Shown in pieces: positions 10,037 to 18,834 of a DNA stretch of 64,000 nt (positions are counted from its first letter, which is position 1; every line of letters starts with the position of its first letter). A model generated the notes under the pieces. That model had not been told where the DNA came from. It did no database searches and worked only from the letters and a program-made list of their open reading frames with translations. Source of the stretch: Gemmatimonadota bacterium (GTDB lineage: Bacteria > Gemmatimonadota > Gemmatimonadetes > JACCXV01 > JAHWKZ01); the NCBI GenBank assembly GCA_036556305.1, contig DATBJO010000018.1, positions 23,918 to 87,917 on the forward strand, in the 5' to 3' direction. The translations under genes and the position numbers were made by a program.

Positions 10037-10065
10037 GGGAACCGGCGTGGGGAAGGGGGTATAAT
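10037..10065 (+). promoter_or_regulatory. putative sigma70-type promoter of htpX (leaderless layout)
   Basis: Perfect TATAAT at 10060-10065, 6 nt before ATG 10072. GGGAAC sits 17 nt upstream. No SD. Confidence 0.45.
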
Positions 10066-10071
10066 CAGCAA

Positions 10072-10905
10072 ATGAACACATTCAAGACCGTCCTCCTGAT
10101 GACCGTCCTGACGGCCGGGCTCGTGCTCGTCGGGGGATGGGTCGGCGGAGAGGGGGGCGCCCTCGCCGCGCTCGTCATCGCGGGCGCCATGAACTTCGTC
10201 TCCTATTTCTTCTCGGACAGGATCGTCCTGCGCATGTACCGGGCGCGGGAGGTGACGCGCGCGGAGGCCCCGGCCCTCTACGAGGTCGTCGAAGGGCTGG
10301 CGCGTCGCGCGGGGCTGCCGGTTCCGCGCGTGGCGATCATTCCCGGCGAGCAGCCGAACGCCTTCGCGACGGGACGCAACCCCGAGCACGCGGTCGTGGC
10401 GGCGACCGAGGGAATCCTGCGGATCCTCGATCGGGACGAGATCGAGGGCGTCATGGCCCACGAGCTCGCCCACGTCCGCCACCGGGACATGCTGATCTCG
10501 AGCGTGGCCGCGACGCTGGCCGGTGCGATCATGGTGCTCGCCCGCTTCGGGATGTTCTTCGGCGGGGGCGGCGACCGCGACCGGGGCGGCGGCGGGCTGG
10601 CCCTTCTGATCGTGATCCTCGCGCCGATCGCGGCGCTGCTCGTCCAGGCGGCGATCAGCCGCTCGCGCGAGTTCGCGGCCGACGCGGGGGGAGCCGAGAT
10701 CAGCGGCAAGCCGCGCGCTCTCGCGTCGGCGCTCAGGAAGCTCGAGGCCACGGCCGAGCGCGTTCCGCTCCACGGCAATCCCGCGACCGCGCACATGTTC
10801 ATCGTGCATCCGTTCCGTGGCGGGGGTCTGGGGAAGCTGTTCAGCACCCATCCGCCCACCGAAGAGCGCGTCGAGCGGCTGCTCGGGATGCGCGGCCTGG
10901 GGTAA
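10072..10905 (+). CDS. htpX: zinc metalloprotease HtpX
   Basis: [13 protein letters not shown].. N-terminal TM helices, [10 protein letters not shown] (HExxH), C-terminal [14 protein letters not shown] 10072 is chosen over the track start at 10012. Confidence 0.9.
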   Translation: MNTFKTVLLMTVLTAGLVLVGGWVGGEGGALAALVIAGAMNFVSYFFSDRIVLRMYRAREVTRAEAPALYEVVEGLARRAGLPVPRVAIIPGEQPNAFATGRNPEHAVVAATEGILRILDRDEIEGVMAHELAHVRHRDMLISSVAATLAGAIMVLARFGMFFGGGGDRDRGGGGLALLIVILAPIAALLVQAAISRSREFAADAGGAEISGKPRALASALRKLEATAERVPLHGNPATAHMFIVHPFRGGGLGKLFSTHPPTEERVERLLGMRGLG

Positions 10906-11863
10906 GCGGGCGGCCGGGGGGGATTCCGGGTCGGCGAGCCTCACTTCCGCGGAGACGTCTCTGCGCATCGCGGTCATCTACAATCCGGTCGCAGGTCGCG
11001 GAGCGGCGCGACAGGTCGCCGCACGGCTGGCGGCGCACGCCGCCGCGCGCGGCGATCGCGTCGACCTGCTCGGGACGGGTCGTCAGCTCGACGCGCGGGC
11101 GGCCACGAGGAAGGCGCTCGAGCAGGGGGCCGAGCGCGTGGTCGCGATCGGCGGAGACGGAACCGTCGTCGAGTCCGCGGCCGCCCTGCTCGACGTGCCC
11201 GCACCCCCGCCACTCTGCATCGTGCCGCAGGGCACGGCGAACCTCCTCGCCTTGAATCTCGGCATCCCCGCGGATCGGGAATCCGCCATCGACCTGGCGT
11301 TCAACGGCTCGGTCGTCCGGATCGACTGCGGGCGCGCGAACGGTGAGCCCTTCCTGATCGCGCTCGGTGCCGGCGTCCACGCGGAGCTCGTGGCCCTGGC
11401 CGATCGCGGAGCCAAGCGGCGCTGGGGGGTCGCGGCCTACGGCGTGGCGGGCTGGCGCGCGAGCCGCGGCGTCGAGCCTGCGCGCTTCCGCCTCGCGCTG
11501 GACGCCGAGGAGATCGAGATCGAGGCCACGACGATCCAGGTCATGAACGTCGCGTCGGTCCTGCGCCGCGGGTGGGAGTTCGCGCCCGGGGTCTCGCCCG
11601 TCGACGGGGTCCTGGACGTGATCGCCCACCGGGCGTCGACGCTCGCCGAGCACCTGGTCACGGCGGCGGCGGTCGTGCGCGGGGCTCCCACCGACACGGA
11701 TCTCGTCGTCCACCGGCCCGCGCGCAGCGTGCGGATCGACGTGGAGCCCCCCGTGCTGCTCCAGCGGGACGGCGAGATCGCGGGTCGGACGCCGGTCGAG
11801 ATCGACGTGATGCCGGGTGCGCTGCCGGTCCTCCTCCCGGCGAACGGACCGTGGACGTCCTGA
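10817..11863 (+). CDS. diacylglycerol/lipid kinase family protein (YegS/BmrU-like)
   Basis: [29 protein letters not shown] motifs. The start is uncertain: GTG 10817 overlaps htpX by 89 nt, and the only later in-frame candidate before the conserved N-terminus is CTG 10961. Confidence 0.8.
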   Translation: MAGVWGSCSAPIRPPKSASSGCSGCAAWGKRAAGGDSGSASLTSAETSLRIAVIYNPVAGRGAARQVAARLAAHAAARGDRVDLLGTGRQLDARAATRKALEQGAERVVAIGGDGTVVESAAALLDVPAPPPLCIVPQGTANLLALNLGIPADRESAIDLAFNGSVVRIDCGRANGEPFLIALGAGVHAELVALADRGAKRRWGVAAYGVAGWRASRGVEPARFRLALDAEEIEIEATTIQVMNVASVLRRGWEFAPGVSPVDGVLDVIAHRASTLAEHLVTAAAVVRGAPTDTDLVVHRPARSVRIDVEPPVLLQRDGEIAGRTPVEIDVMPGALPVLLPANGPWTS

Positions 11864-12003
11864 GCGAGCGGATCGCGCTCGCGGCGCTGCTCGCGGCGTG
11901 GGGCCTCGGGGCGGCCTTCGAGCCGCTGGGGGGCATGATCCACATTCTCCTGGTCGCCGCGATCATCGTGTTCCTTGCGGGGAGGTTCGGCCGGCGGCTC
12001 TAG
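11851..12003 (+). CDS. lmo0937-family small membrane protein (50 aa)
   Basis: GTG 11851 overlaps the kinase stop. The protein [50 protein letters not shown] has the GG.IHILLV..I....R..GRR pattern of this family. It is below the track size cut-off. Confidence 0.55.
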   Translation: MDVLSERIALAALLAAWGLGAAFEPLGGMIHILLVAAIIVFLAGRFGRRL

Positions 12004-12009
12004 GCCTCA

Positions 12010-12040
12010 GGGGCGTCGAACCGCCGACGGTTTCCGCCCC
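12010..12040 (+). terminator. GC-rich hairpin after the small membrane-protein gene
   Basis: GGGGCGTCGAACCG-CCGA-CGGTTTCCGCCCC, 7 nt after the stop. There is no U-tract, so termination is only inferred. Confidence 0.35.
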
Positions 12041-12151
12041 CTCCCCCCGCCCCCTCCCACCATCCCGCGACGGGGACTCCTCGACGGCACGCTTTTCGCC
12101 GACGGGGCCGGCGGTCCCCGCTCCCCGCAACACGGACACGGGAGGAAACCG

Positions 12152-12529
12152 ATGGAATCGAAGACCCCGAGCGCGCGGGTCGCGACGAGTCGCGGCGCCA
12201 GGCGCCGCGGTTCCGCGCTCGCGCTGGCGGGCGCGCTTCTGTTCGCCAGCCTGTTCGTCGACGTGGGAGTCGCCCGCGCCGAGTACCCGGCCGGGTGGGA
12301 GGACCCCGACCTGGGAGAGCTGGGCGCCTGCATCATCACCTGCGCGTCCTTCTTCGCCTCCAAGGGGAGCGCGGCCATCCGGTACGGCCTCGCAGGCACG
12401 TGCCTGAGCTGTGCGTGGGATCAGTTCCTGGAGATCAACGACTGGATGCAGAAGAACGGCGACGGGTCGGACTGCTATACCGGAGTGTTGGGGAATCCCT
12501 GTCCCAACTCGCCGTACTTCTACGAGTGA
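12152..12529 (+). CDS. secreted cysteine-rich acidic protein (hypothetical)
   Basis: SD GGGAGGAAA precedes ATG 12152. Arg-rich signal (ARRRGSALALAGALLFASLFVDVGVARA|EY). The mature protein is about 82 aa with 6 Cys (CIITC, CLSC, C, C). Confidence 0.6.
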   Translation: MESKTPSARVATSRGARRRGSALALAGALLFASLFVDVGVARAEYPAGWEDPDLGELGACIITCASFFASKGSAAIRYGLAGTCLSCAWDQFLEINDWMQKNGDGSDCYTGVLGNPCPNSPYFYE

Positions 12530-12744
12530 GCCTTCGACCCGGACTCCACTCCCTGCTGGCGGCGACGCTGATCGCCGCCAGCGTGGGGATCGGCACCTGG
12601 AAGGTGGTCGAGGTCCGGCGCGAGAACGGGCGACTCGCCCTGCAGGCGAAGACCTGCATGGCGAGGAACGAAGCCTTCCTGAGCGTGCTGCGAACCGCCA
12701 ATGAGAACCGCGGGGCGCGGACGCCGCCCGAGGTCGCTCCCTGA
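12526..12744 (+). CDS. small single-pass membrane protein (hypothetical)
   Basis: GTG 12526 overlaps the upstream TGA (GTGA). N-terminal TM LLAATLIAASVGIGTW is followed by a charged helical tail. Confidence 0.45.
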   Translation: MSLRPGLHSLLAATLIAASVGIGTWKVVEVRRENGRLALQAKTCMARNEAFLSVLRTANENRGARTPPEVAP

Positions 12745-12791
12745 TCTCCGCGCTGGCCCTCGCCGCCGTCCTCGCCTGGGCGCTCGGCGCG

Positions 12792-13127
12792 GTGGCGATG
12801 CCGATCGCGGCGTGGATCTGGCTCCGGGGAGGTGGTCGTCGCTGGGCGATCGTGGCCTTCTCGGGTGGCCTGGTGGCGCAGGTGGCGTGGCTTCGCGAGG
12901 TCGCGACCGGAGGCCTGGATGCCGTGCTCGGGCCGGACGTCGGTCTGAGCGGGTGGGGAGCCTGGTCCCTCGGGGCGGCCGGCCTGGTCGCGGCGCTCTC
13001 CGGCCTCGGAGCCGGAACGGGGCCCGGGCGGGAGGACCGGATCGATCCCGATCGCGCCCTCGAGATCGCGATCGGGTTCCTCGGGGTGGGGGTCCTCCTG
13101 CAGCGCATCGCCGTGGCCCTCGCCTGA
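12792..13127 (+). CDS. polytopic membrane protein (hypothetical)
   Basis: Track ORF with several hydrophobic segments. An in-frame CTG at 12741 overlapping the previous stop (CTGA) could extend it by one more TM segment. Confidence 0.5.
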   Translation: MAMPIAAWIWLRGGGRRWAIVAFSGGLVAQVAWLREVATGGLDAVLGPDVGLSGWGAWSLGAAGLVAALSGLGAGTGPGREDRIDPDRALEIAIGFLGVGVLLQRIAVALA

Positions 13128-13140
13128 AGGGTTTCGCGCA

Positions 13141-13169
13141 TTGAACGGGCGCTTCGGCCCGGCTAGTTT
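13141..13169 (+). promoter_or_regulatory. putative promoter of uvrA (leaderless layout)
   Basis: TTGAAC (13141-46), 17-nt spacer, TAGTTT (13164-69). ATG 13179 lies 9 nt after the -10. No SD. Confidence 0.5.
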
Positions 13170-13178
13170 CACCCGGCT

Positions 13179-16031
13179 ATGGCCGAAGTCCTCCGCATTC
13201 AGGGCGCACGCGAGCACAATCTCAAGGATCTCGACCTCGAACTCCCCCGCGACCGCCTCGTCGTCCTGACGGGACTCTCCGGGTCGGGGAAGTCGAGCCT
13301 CGCCTTCGACACCATCTACGCCGAGGGTCAGCGGCGTTACGTGGAATCGCTCTCCGCGTATGCACGCCAGTTCCTCGGCGTGATGGAGAAGCCCGACGTC
13401 GACTCCATCGAAGGCCTCTCGCCGGCGATCGCCATCGAGCAGAAGGCGGGCGCGCGGAACCCGCGCTCCACCGTCGGGACCGTCACCGAGGTCTACGACT
13501 ATATGCGTCTCCTGTGGGCGCGCGTCGGTGTCGCGCACTGCCATCGGTGCGGGCGGCGCGTCGAGCGACAGTCCGTCGACCAGATCGTCGACGCGATCCT
13601 GGACCTTCCCGACGGGCGACGGATCCAGATCCTGGCGCCGCTCGTCCGCGGAAGGAAGGGCGAGTACAAGGAGGTCTTCGCCGAGGCCCGGCGCGAAGGG
13701 TTCGTCCGCGTGCGCGTCGACGGCGAGGTCTACGATCTCGAAAACGTCCCTGCGCTTGCGAAGAACCGCAAGCACGTGATCGAGATCGTGGTCGACCGGG
13801 TCACGGTCGGCCCACGCTACCGTCAGCGCCTGGCCGACTCCGTCGCCACCGCCATCGACCTGGGCGGCGGCATCGTCAACATCCACATCCAGGGCGACGG
13901 CGGAGGCGAGGATCAGGAGCGCCTGTTCAGCCGCGACCTGGCGTGCGTGCACTGCGGGATCAGCTACGAGGAGCTCGAGCCCCGCATGTTCTCGTTCAAC
14001 AGCCCGTACGGCGCGTGCCCCGCGTGCAGCGGCCTCGGCACGCGCATGGAAGTCGACCCCGAGCTCGTCCTGCTCGATCCGCGCATCTCGATCCTCGAGG
14101 GCGTGGTCAAGCCGTGGGGCGAGCCGCGCGGCCAGCTGGCGAAAACGGTCCTGCCCTCGCTCGCGGCCGAGTTCGGCTTCGACCTCAACACGCCGTGGGG
14201 CGAGCTCCCCGAGTCCGTGCGCCGGACGCTGCTTCACGGTTCAGGAGACCGCGAGATCCCGTTCCACTACCGCGCGCAGAAGCGGAAGGGCACCTACTCC
14301 GGCACCTGGGAGGGAATCGTCGGCCAGCTCCAGCGGCGCTACGAAGAGACCGAGTCGGACTCGGTGCGCCGTCAGGTCGAGGAGTTCATGGCCGAGCTGC
14401 CCTGCCACTTCTGCGGCGGCAAGCGGCTCAAGCCCGAGGCGCTCGCCGTCCAGGTCGGCGGCCGCGGGATCGGCGACGTCGTCGGGATGCCGATCTATGC
14501 GGCGGGCGAGTACTTCGAGCGGCTCGAGCTGCCGCCGCGCGAGCTGGAGATCGCCAGCCAGATCCTCAAGGAGATCCGCGAGCGCCTTCAGTTCCTCGTG
14601 GCCGTCGGGCTCGATTACCTGACGCTCGAGCGCTCGGCGGGTACGCTGGCGGGAGGCGAGGCGCAGCGGATCCGGCTGGCGACCCAGATCGGGAGCCACC
14701 TCGTGGGCGTCCTCTACGTCCTCGACGAGCCCTCGATCGGCCTCCATCAACGGGACAACGGCCGGCTCCTCGAGACCCTCAAGCGGCTGCGCGACCTCGG
14801 GAACACGGTGCTCGTCGTTGAGCACGACGAGGAAACGATCCGCTCCGCCGACTGGGTGGTGGACCTCGGCCCCGGCGCCGGTCGCGAGGGCGGGCACATC
14901 GTCGCGCAGGGGACCCCCGAAGACGTCGAAGACGCCCCCGCCTCGATCACCGGCGCCTACCTGCGCGGCGAGCGGTCGATCGCGGTTCCCTCCGAGCGGC
15001 GCGAAGGAAGCGGCGAGGCGCTCGTCGTGATCGGTGCGCGGCAGCACAACCTGCGGGACGTGACGGTCGAGTTCCCGCTCGCGCGGTTCGTCTGCGTGAC
15101 GGGGGTCTCGGGGTCGGGCAAGTCGTCGCTCGTCAACGACGTGCTCTACCGCGCGCTGGCGCACCGGCTGCATCACGCGCGCGAGCGAGCCGGCGAGCAC
15201 GACCGAATCGAGGGGATCGAGCGGATCGACAAGGTCATCGCCATCGACCAGTCGCCGATCGGCCGGACGCCGCGATCGAATCCGGCCACCTACACCGGTC
15301 TCTTCACTCCGATCCGCGAACTGTTCGCGGAGCTGCCCGAGTCGAAGATGCGGGGTTATGACCAGGGACGGTTCAGCTTCAACGTCCCCGGCGGGCGCTG
15401 CGAGGCGTGCGGCGGCGACGGGCTGATCAAGATCGAGATGCACTTCCTGCCCGACGTCTACGTGCCGTGCGAGGAGTGCAAAGGGAAGCGCTACAATCGC
15501 GAGACGCTCGAGATCTATTACAAGGGAAAGACGATCGCCGACGTCCTCGACATGACGGTCGAAGAGGCGCTCGAGTTCTTTCGCAACGTCCCCAAGGTCC
15601 GTCGGAAGCTGAAGACCCTCCACGACGTGGGCTTGGGCTACATCGAGCTCGGACAGTCGGCGACCACGTTGTCCGGAGGCGAGGCCCAGCGGGTCAAGCT
15701 GGCGAGCGAGCTCGCCAAGGTCGCGACCGGCGCCACGTTCTACATCCTCGACGAGCCGACGACCGGCCTCCACTTCGAGGACGTGCGCATGCTCCTCGGC
15801 GTCCTGCACCGGCTGGTCGAGCGCGGGAACACGGTCGTCGTCATCGAGCACAACCTGGACGTGATCAAGACCGCGGACTGGATCATCGATCTGGGTCCAG
15901 ACGGCGGCGATCGAGGCGGGCGCGTGATCGCGGCCGGCACGCCGGAGGAGATCGCGCGCTCCGAGGGATCCCACACGGCGCGCTACGTGCGGCAGGCGCT
16001 CGACCGCGCCGCCCACGCCGAGGTCGCATGA
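13179..16031 (+). CDS. uvrA: excinuclease ABC subunit A
   Basis: 950 aa with two ABC modules ([35 protein letters not shown] twice) and zinc-finger Cys clusters. Confidence 0.97.
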   Translation: MAEVLRIQGAREHNLKDLDLELPRDRLVVLTGLSGSGKSSLAFDTIYAEGQRRYVESLSAYARQFLGVMEKPDVDSIEGLSPAIAIEQKAGARNPRSTVGTVTEVYDYMRLLWARVGVAHCHRCGRRVERQSVDQIVDAILDLPDGRRIQILAPLVRGRKGEYKEVFAEARREGFVRVRVDGEVYDLENVPALAKNRKHVIEIVVDRVTVGPRYRQRLADSVATAIDLGGGIVNIHIQGDGGGEDQERLFSRDLACVHCGISYEELEPRMFSFNSPYGACPACSGLGTRMEVDPELVLLDPRISILEGVVKPWGEPRGQLAKTVLPSLAAEFGFDLNTPWGELPESVRRTLLHGSGDREIPFHYRAQKRKGTYSGTWEGIVGQLQRRYEETESDSVRRQVEEFMAELPCHFCGGKRLKPEALAVQVGGRGIGDVVGMPIYAAGEYFERLELPPRELEIASQILKEIRERLQFLVAVGLDYLTLERSAGTLAGGEAQRIRLATQIGSHLVGVLYVLDEPSIGLHQRDNGRLLETLKRLRDLGNTVLVVEHDEETIRSADWVVDLGPGAGREGGHIVAQGTPEDVEDAPASITGAYLRGERSIAVPSERREGSGEALVVIGARQHNLRDVTVEFPLARFVCVTGVSGSGKSSLVNDVLYRALAHRLHHARERAGEHDRIEGIERIDKVIAIDQSPIGRTPRSNPATYTGLFTPIRELFAELPESKMRGYDQGRFSFNVPGGRCEACGGDGLIKIEMHFLPDVYVPCEECKGKRYNRETLEIYYKGKTIADVLDMTVEEALEFFRNVPKVRRKLKTLHDVGLGYIELGQSATTLSGGEAQRVKLASELAKVATGATFYILDEPTTGLHFEDVRMLLGVLHRLVERGNTVVVIEHNLDVIKTADWIIDLGPDGGDRGGRVIAAGTPEEIARSEGSHTARYVRQALDRAAHAEVA

Positions 16032-16056
16032 GCCGCTGGGTGGATCTCGGAGGAAA

Positions 16057-16174
16057 GGCCGCTCAAGGCGGCCAAGATCAAGGCGCGCGACGAGGAGATT
16101 CCGAGGCGTGGCGAATCCCACGCCGCAGGAAGAGGCGAGGAGCGCAACGCAGAGGTTGGCCGTCTTCAGCGGCC
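16057..16174 (-). repeat. dispersed palindromic intergenic repeat, copy A (118 nt, inverted orientation)
   Basis: The reverse complement aligns along its full length with copies B, D and E. Terminal stem GGCCGCTGAAGACGGCCAA / TTGGCCGCCTTGAGCGGCC. Inner hairpin GGCGTGG-GATTCG-CCACGCC. Confidence 0.8.
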
Positions 16175-16176
16175 GC

Positions 16177-16842
16177 ATGAGCGTGTTCGACATCATCGGG
16201 CCCCGGATGGTGGGCCCCAGCTCCAGTCACACCGCCGGCGCCCTCCGGCTCGGCCTCCTCGCGCGCGGCGTGCTCGGGCGCACGCCGGAGCGTGCGCGGG
16301 TGGGCCTCCACGGCTCGTTCGCGACCACCTACCGCGGGCACGGCACCGACCGCGCGGTCGCGGCGGGGCTCCTCGGGATGGCGCCCGACGACCCGCGGAT
16401 CCCGACGAGCCTCGACGTGGCGCGCGGCGCGGGGATGGAGCTGACGTTCGAGCCCGCCGATCTCGGCCCCGACGCGCACCCCGCCAGCCTGCGCTTCGAG
16501 CTCGAATCCGGCGCGGAGCGGGCGACGATGGTCGGATCGTCGATCGGCGGCGGATCGGTCGAGGTCACCGAGGTCAACGGGCGGCCGGTCGACCTGAGCG
16601 GCCGCTACGACACGCTGATCGTCCTCGCCGAGGACGTCCCCGGGACGACCGCGGCGGTGACCCATCTCCTCGCCGAGGAAGGCGTCAACATCGCGTTCCT
16701 CGAGGTGAGCCGCGAGAAGCGCGGGCGCGAGGCGAGCATGCTGATCCAGGCCGACCATCCGATCTCCGACGATCTTCTGGCCCGGGTCCAGGCGTTCGAA
16801 TGGGTGCGTCGCGCGAGACGGCTCAGGAAGGTGACCGACTGA
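16177..16842 (+). CDS. sdaAB: L-serine dehydratase, iron-sulfur type, beta subunit
   Basis: MSVFDIIGPRMVGPSSSHTAGALRLG N-terminus and an ACT-like C-terminal half. ATG 16177 is chosen because the track extension upstream lies inside repeat copy A. Confidence 0.9.
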   Translation: MSVFDIIGPRMVGPSSSHTAGALRLGLLARGVLGRTPERARVGLHGSFATTYRGHGTDRAVAAGLLGMAPDDPRIPTSLDVARGAGMELTFEPADLGPDAHPASLRFELESGAERATMVGSSIGGGSVEVTEVNGRPVDLSGRYDTLIVLAEDVPGTTAAVTHLLAEEGVNIAFLEVSREKRGREASMLIQADHPISDDLLARVQAFEWVRRARRLRKVTD

Positions 16843-17768
16843 TGTTCGCGAGCATGGAGGAGATCCTCGAACGCGCCCGGTCGAGCGCGGCGCCGCTCTG
16901 GCGGGTCGTCCTCGACGAGGAGATCGAGGAGTCCGGCACGACGGCCGAGCGCGTGCTGGAGCGCCTCTCGGGGCGGATCGCCACCATGCGCGAGGCGGTC
17001 GAGCGGGGGCTCGTCTCGGACGCGCCCTCGGTGAGCGGGCTCCTGGGCGGGGGCGCGCGCCGGTTCGAGGAATGGCGGGAGAGCGAGGGCAGCGTCCTCG
17101 GTCCCTTTGTCGGCAAGGTCGTCGCCCGCGCCCAGGCGACGATGGAGGTCAACGCCCGCATGGGGACGATCGTGGCCACGCCGACCGCGGGCTCTTCCGG
17201 CATCCTGCCCGCGATCCTCTTCACCGCCGAAGAGGAGCTCGGCCTCTCGGAGGAGGACCTGATCCGGGGCCTTCTGGTCGCGGCCGGCGTCGGCGGCGTG
17301 ATCGTGGCGCGGGCCAGCGTCTCGGGCGCCGCCGGCGGCTGTCAGGCCGAGACGGGCAGCGCGGCCGCGATGGCCTCGGCCGCGCTCACGGCGCTTCGCG
17401 GCGGCACTCCCGAGCAGGTGTCCGAGAGCGTGGCGTTCACCTTGCAGGGAATGCTCGGGCTGATCTGCGACCCGGTCGGCGGCCTGGTCGAGGTCCCGTG
17501 CCTGACCCGGAACGTCTCGGGCGCGGTGCAGGCGGTGGCGGCGAGCGAGCTCGCGCTGGCCGGCCTCAAGTTCCCGATCCCCGCCGACGAGGTCATCGAC
17601 GTCATGGGACAGATCGGCAATGAGCTGGACGAGAAGTATCGCGAGACCGCGAAGGGCGGACTGGCGGCAACGGAGACAGGCCGCAGGCTCGCCGCCTCCG
17701 TGCGCTGGGACGGACCCGCGTTCGAGAACACGAACGCCGCGCGGGCGCGGGACCTCGAAGATGTCTGA
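16842..17768 (+). CDS. sdaAA: L-serine dehydratase, iron-sulfur type, alpha subunit
   Basis: ATG overlaps the sdaAB stop (TGATG). Motifs GSSGILPA and GAAGGCQAE are typical of the alpha subunit. Confidence 0.9.
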   Translation: MFASMEEILERARSSAAPLWRVVLDEEIEESGTTAERVLERLSGRIATMREAVERGLVSDAPSVSGLLGGGARRFEEWRESEGSVLGPFVGKVVARAQATMEVNARMGTIVATPTAGSSGILPAILFTAEEELGLSEEDLIRGLLVAAGVGGVIVARASVSGAAGGCQAETGSAAAMASAALTALRGGTPEQVSESVAFTLQGMLGLICDPVGGLVEVPCLTRNVSGAVQAVAASELALAGLKFPIPADEVIDVMGQIGNELDEKYRETAKGGLAATETGRRLAASVRWDGPAFENTNAARARDLEDV

Positions 17769-18834
17769 GAGGCCGGAGCGCCGGATCCTGATCCTGGCCG
17801 AGGGCCGCTTCGGCGTCCTCGACGCCAAGACCGCTGCCTGCGTGATCCGCTACGCGGCCGAGGACGTCGTCGGCGTCCTCGATTCGGCCACGGCGGGGCG
17901 GACCACCGATCAGGTGCTGGGCTTCGGCCCCGCGCTCCCGATCGTGGCCACGCTCGAGGAGGGCCTCGCGCTCGGTCCCGACACGTTCCTGATCGGGGTC
18001 GCGCCGCGCGGGGGCCGGCTCCCGAGGGCCTGGCGCGCGATGGTCGCGCGCGCGCTCGAGGCCCGCCTCGAGGTCGTGAGCGGGCTCCACGAGTTCCTCG
18101 GCGACGATCCCGAGCTGGCGGCGGTCGCGCGCCGCGCGGGCGCGACGATCCGGGACCTCCGCCGCGTGCCCGACGACTTGCCGGTGGCCTCGCGCAGGGC
18201 GGCCGCCGTCGACGCGACCGTGGTCCTCACCGTGGGCACGGACTGCAACGTGGGTAAGATGACGGCCTCGGTCGAGCTCGCGCAGGCCGCCCGCAGGATG
18301 GGGTTCGCGGCCGCGTTCGCTCCGACCGGGCAGACGGGTCTCTTCCTCGGCGGAAAGGGCATGGTGGTCGACCGCGTGATCGCCGACTTCATCGCCGGCG
18401 CCGCCGAGACGATCGTCCTCGACAACGCGCCCGGTCAGGACTTCGTGTTCGTCGAGGGACAGGGATCGCTCCTCCATCCCGGCTACAGCGGCGTGACGCT
18501 GGGCCTCCTCCACGGCAGCCAGCCGGACGCGATGGTGCTCGTCCATCAGCCGACGCGGCGCGTGACGATGAACGACGAGATCGAGATCATGCCGCTGCCG
18601 GACTGGGTCGAGCTCCACGAGCGGATGGCGGGGTATCTCAAGCCCGCTCCGGTCGTGGCGGTCGCGATCAACGGGTACGACCTGGACGAGACCGCCGCCC
18701 GGCAGTGGGCCGCCCGGATCACGGAGGAGACCGGCCTCCCGGCCGTCGACCCCGTCAAGTTCGGCGCCGAGCCTCTGATCGAGGCGATCCTGGGCGCCGA
18801 CTTGGCGAAGCCGCGACCGGCGGTGGCGCGGTGA
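17761..18834 (+). CDS. DUF1611-family protein (P-loop-like; DgcN-type N-acetyltransferase candidate)
   Basis: ATG 17761 overlaps the sdaAA stop by 8 nt. RILILAEGRFGVLDAKTA..VGTDCNVGKMT..FVEGQGSLLHPGYSGVTLGLLHG pattern. Paired with an enolase-superfamily epimerase, as is usual for DUF1611. Confidence 0.75.
   Translation: MSERPERRILILAEGRFGVLDAKTAACVIRYAAEDVVGVLDSATAGRTTDQVLGFGPALPIVATLEEGLALGPDTFLIGVAPRGGRLPRAWRAMVARALEARLEVVSGLHEFLGDDPELAAVARRAGATIRDLRRVPDDLPVASRRAAAVDATVVLTVGTDCNVGKMTASVELAQAARRMGFAAAFAPTGQTGLFLGGKGMVVDRVIADFIAGAAETIVLDNAPGQDFVFVEGQGSLLHPGYSGVTLGLLHGSQPDAMVLVHQPTRRVTMNDEIEIMPLPDWVELHERMAGYLKPAPVVAVAINGYDLDETAARQWAARITEETGLPAVDPVKFGAEPLIEAILGADLAKPRPAVAR

Noticed and set aside
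6196-10977. Very long antisense ORFs: 6196..10977 minus (1593 aa), 20342..24070 minus (1242 aa), 34919..38326 minus (1135 aa), 1250..3268 minus, 14241..16196 minus, and many 100-700-aa alternative-frame ORFs.
   Set aside because: Their translations are Arg/Pro/Gly/Ala-rich low-complexity sequence, typical of stop-codon-poor off-frames in ~70% GC DNA. Each lies opposite or out of frame to a gene with clear family motifs.
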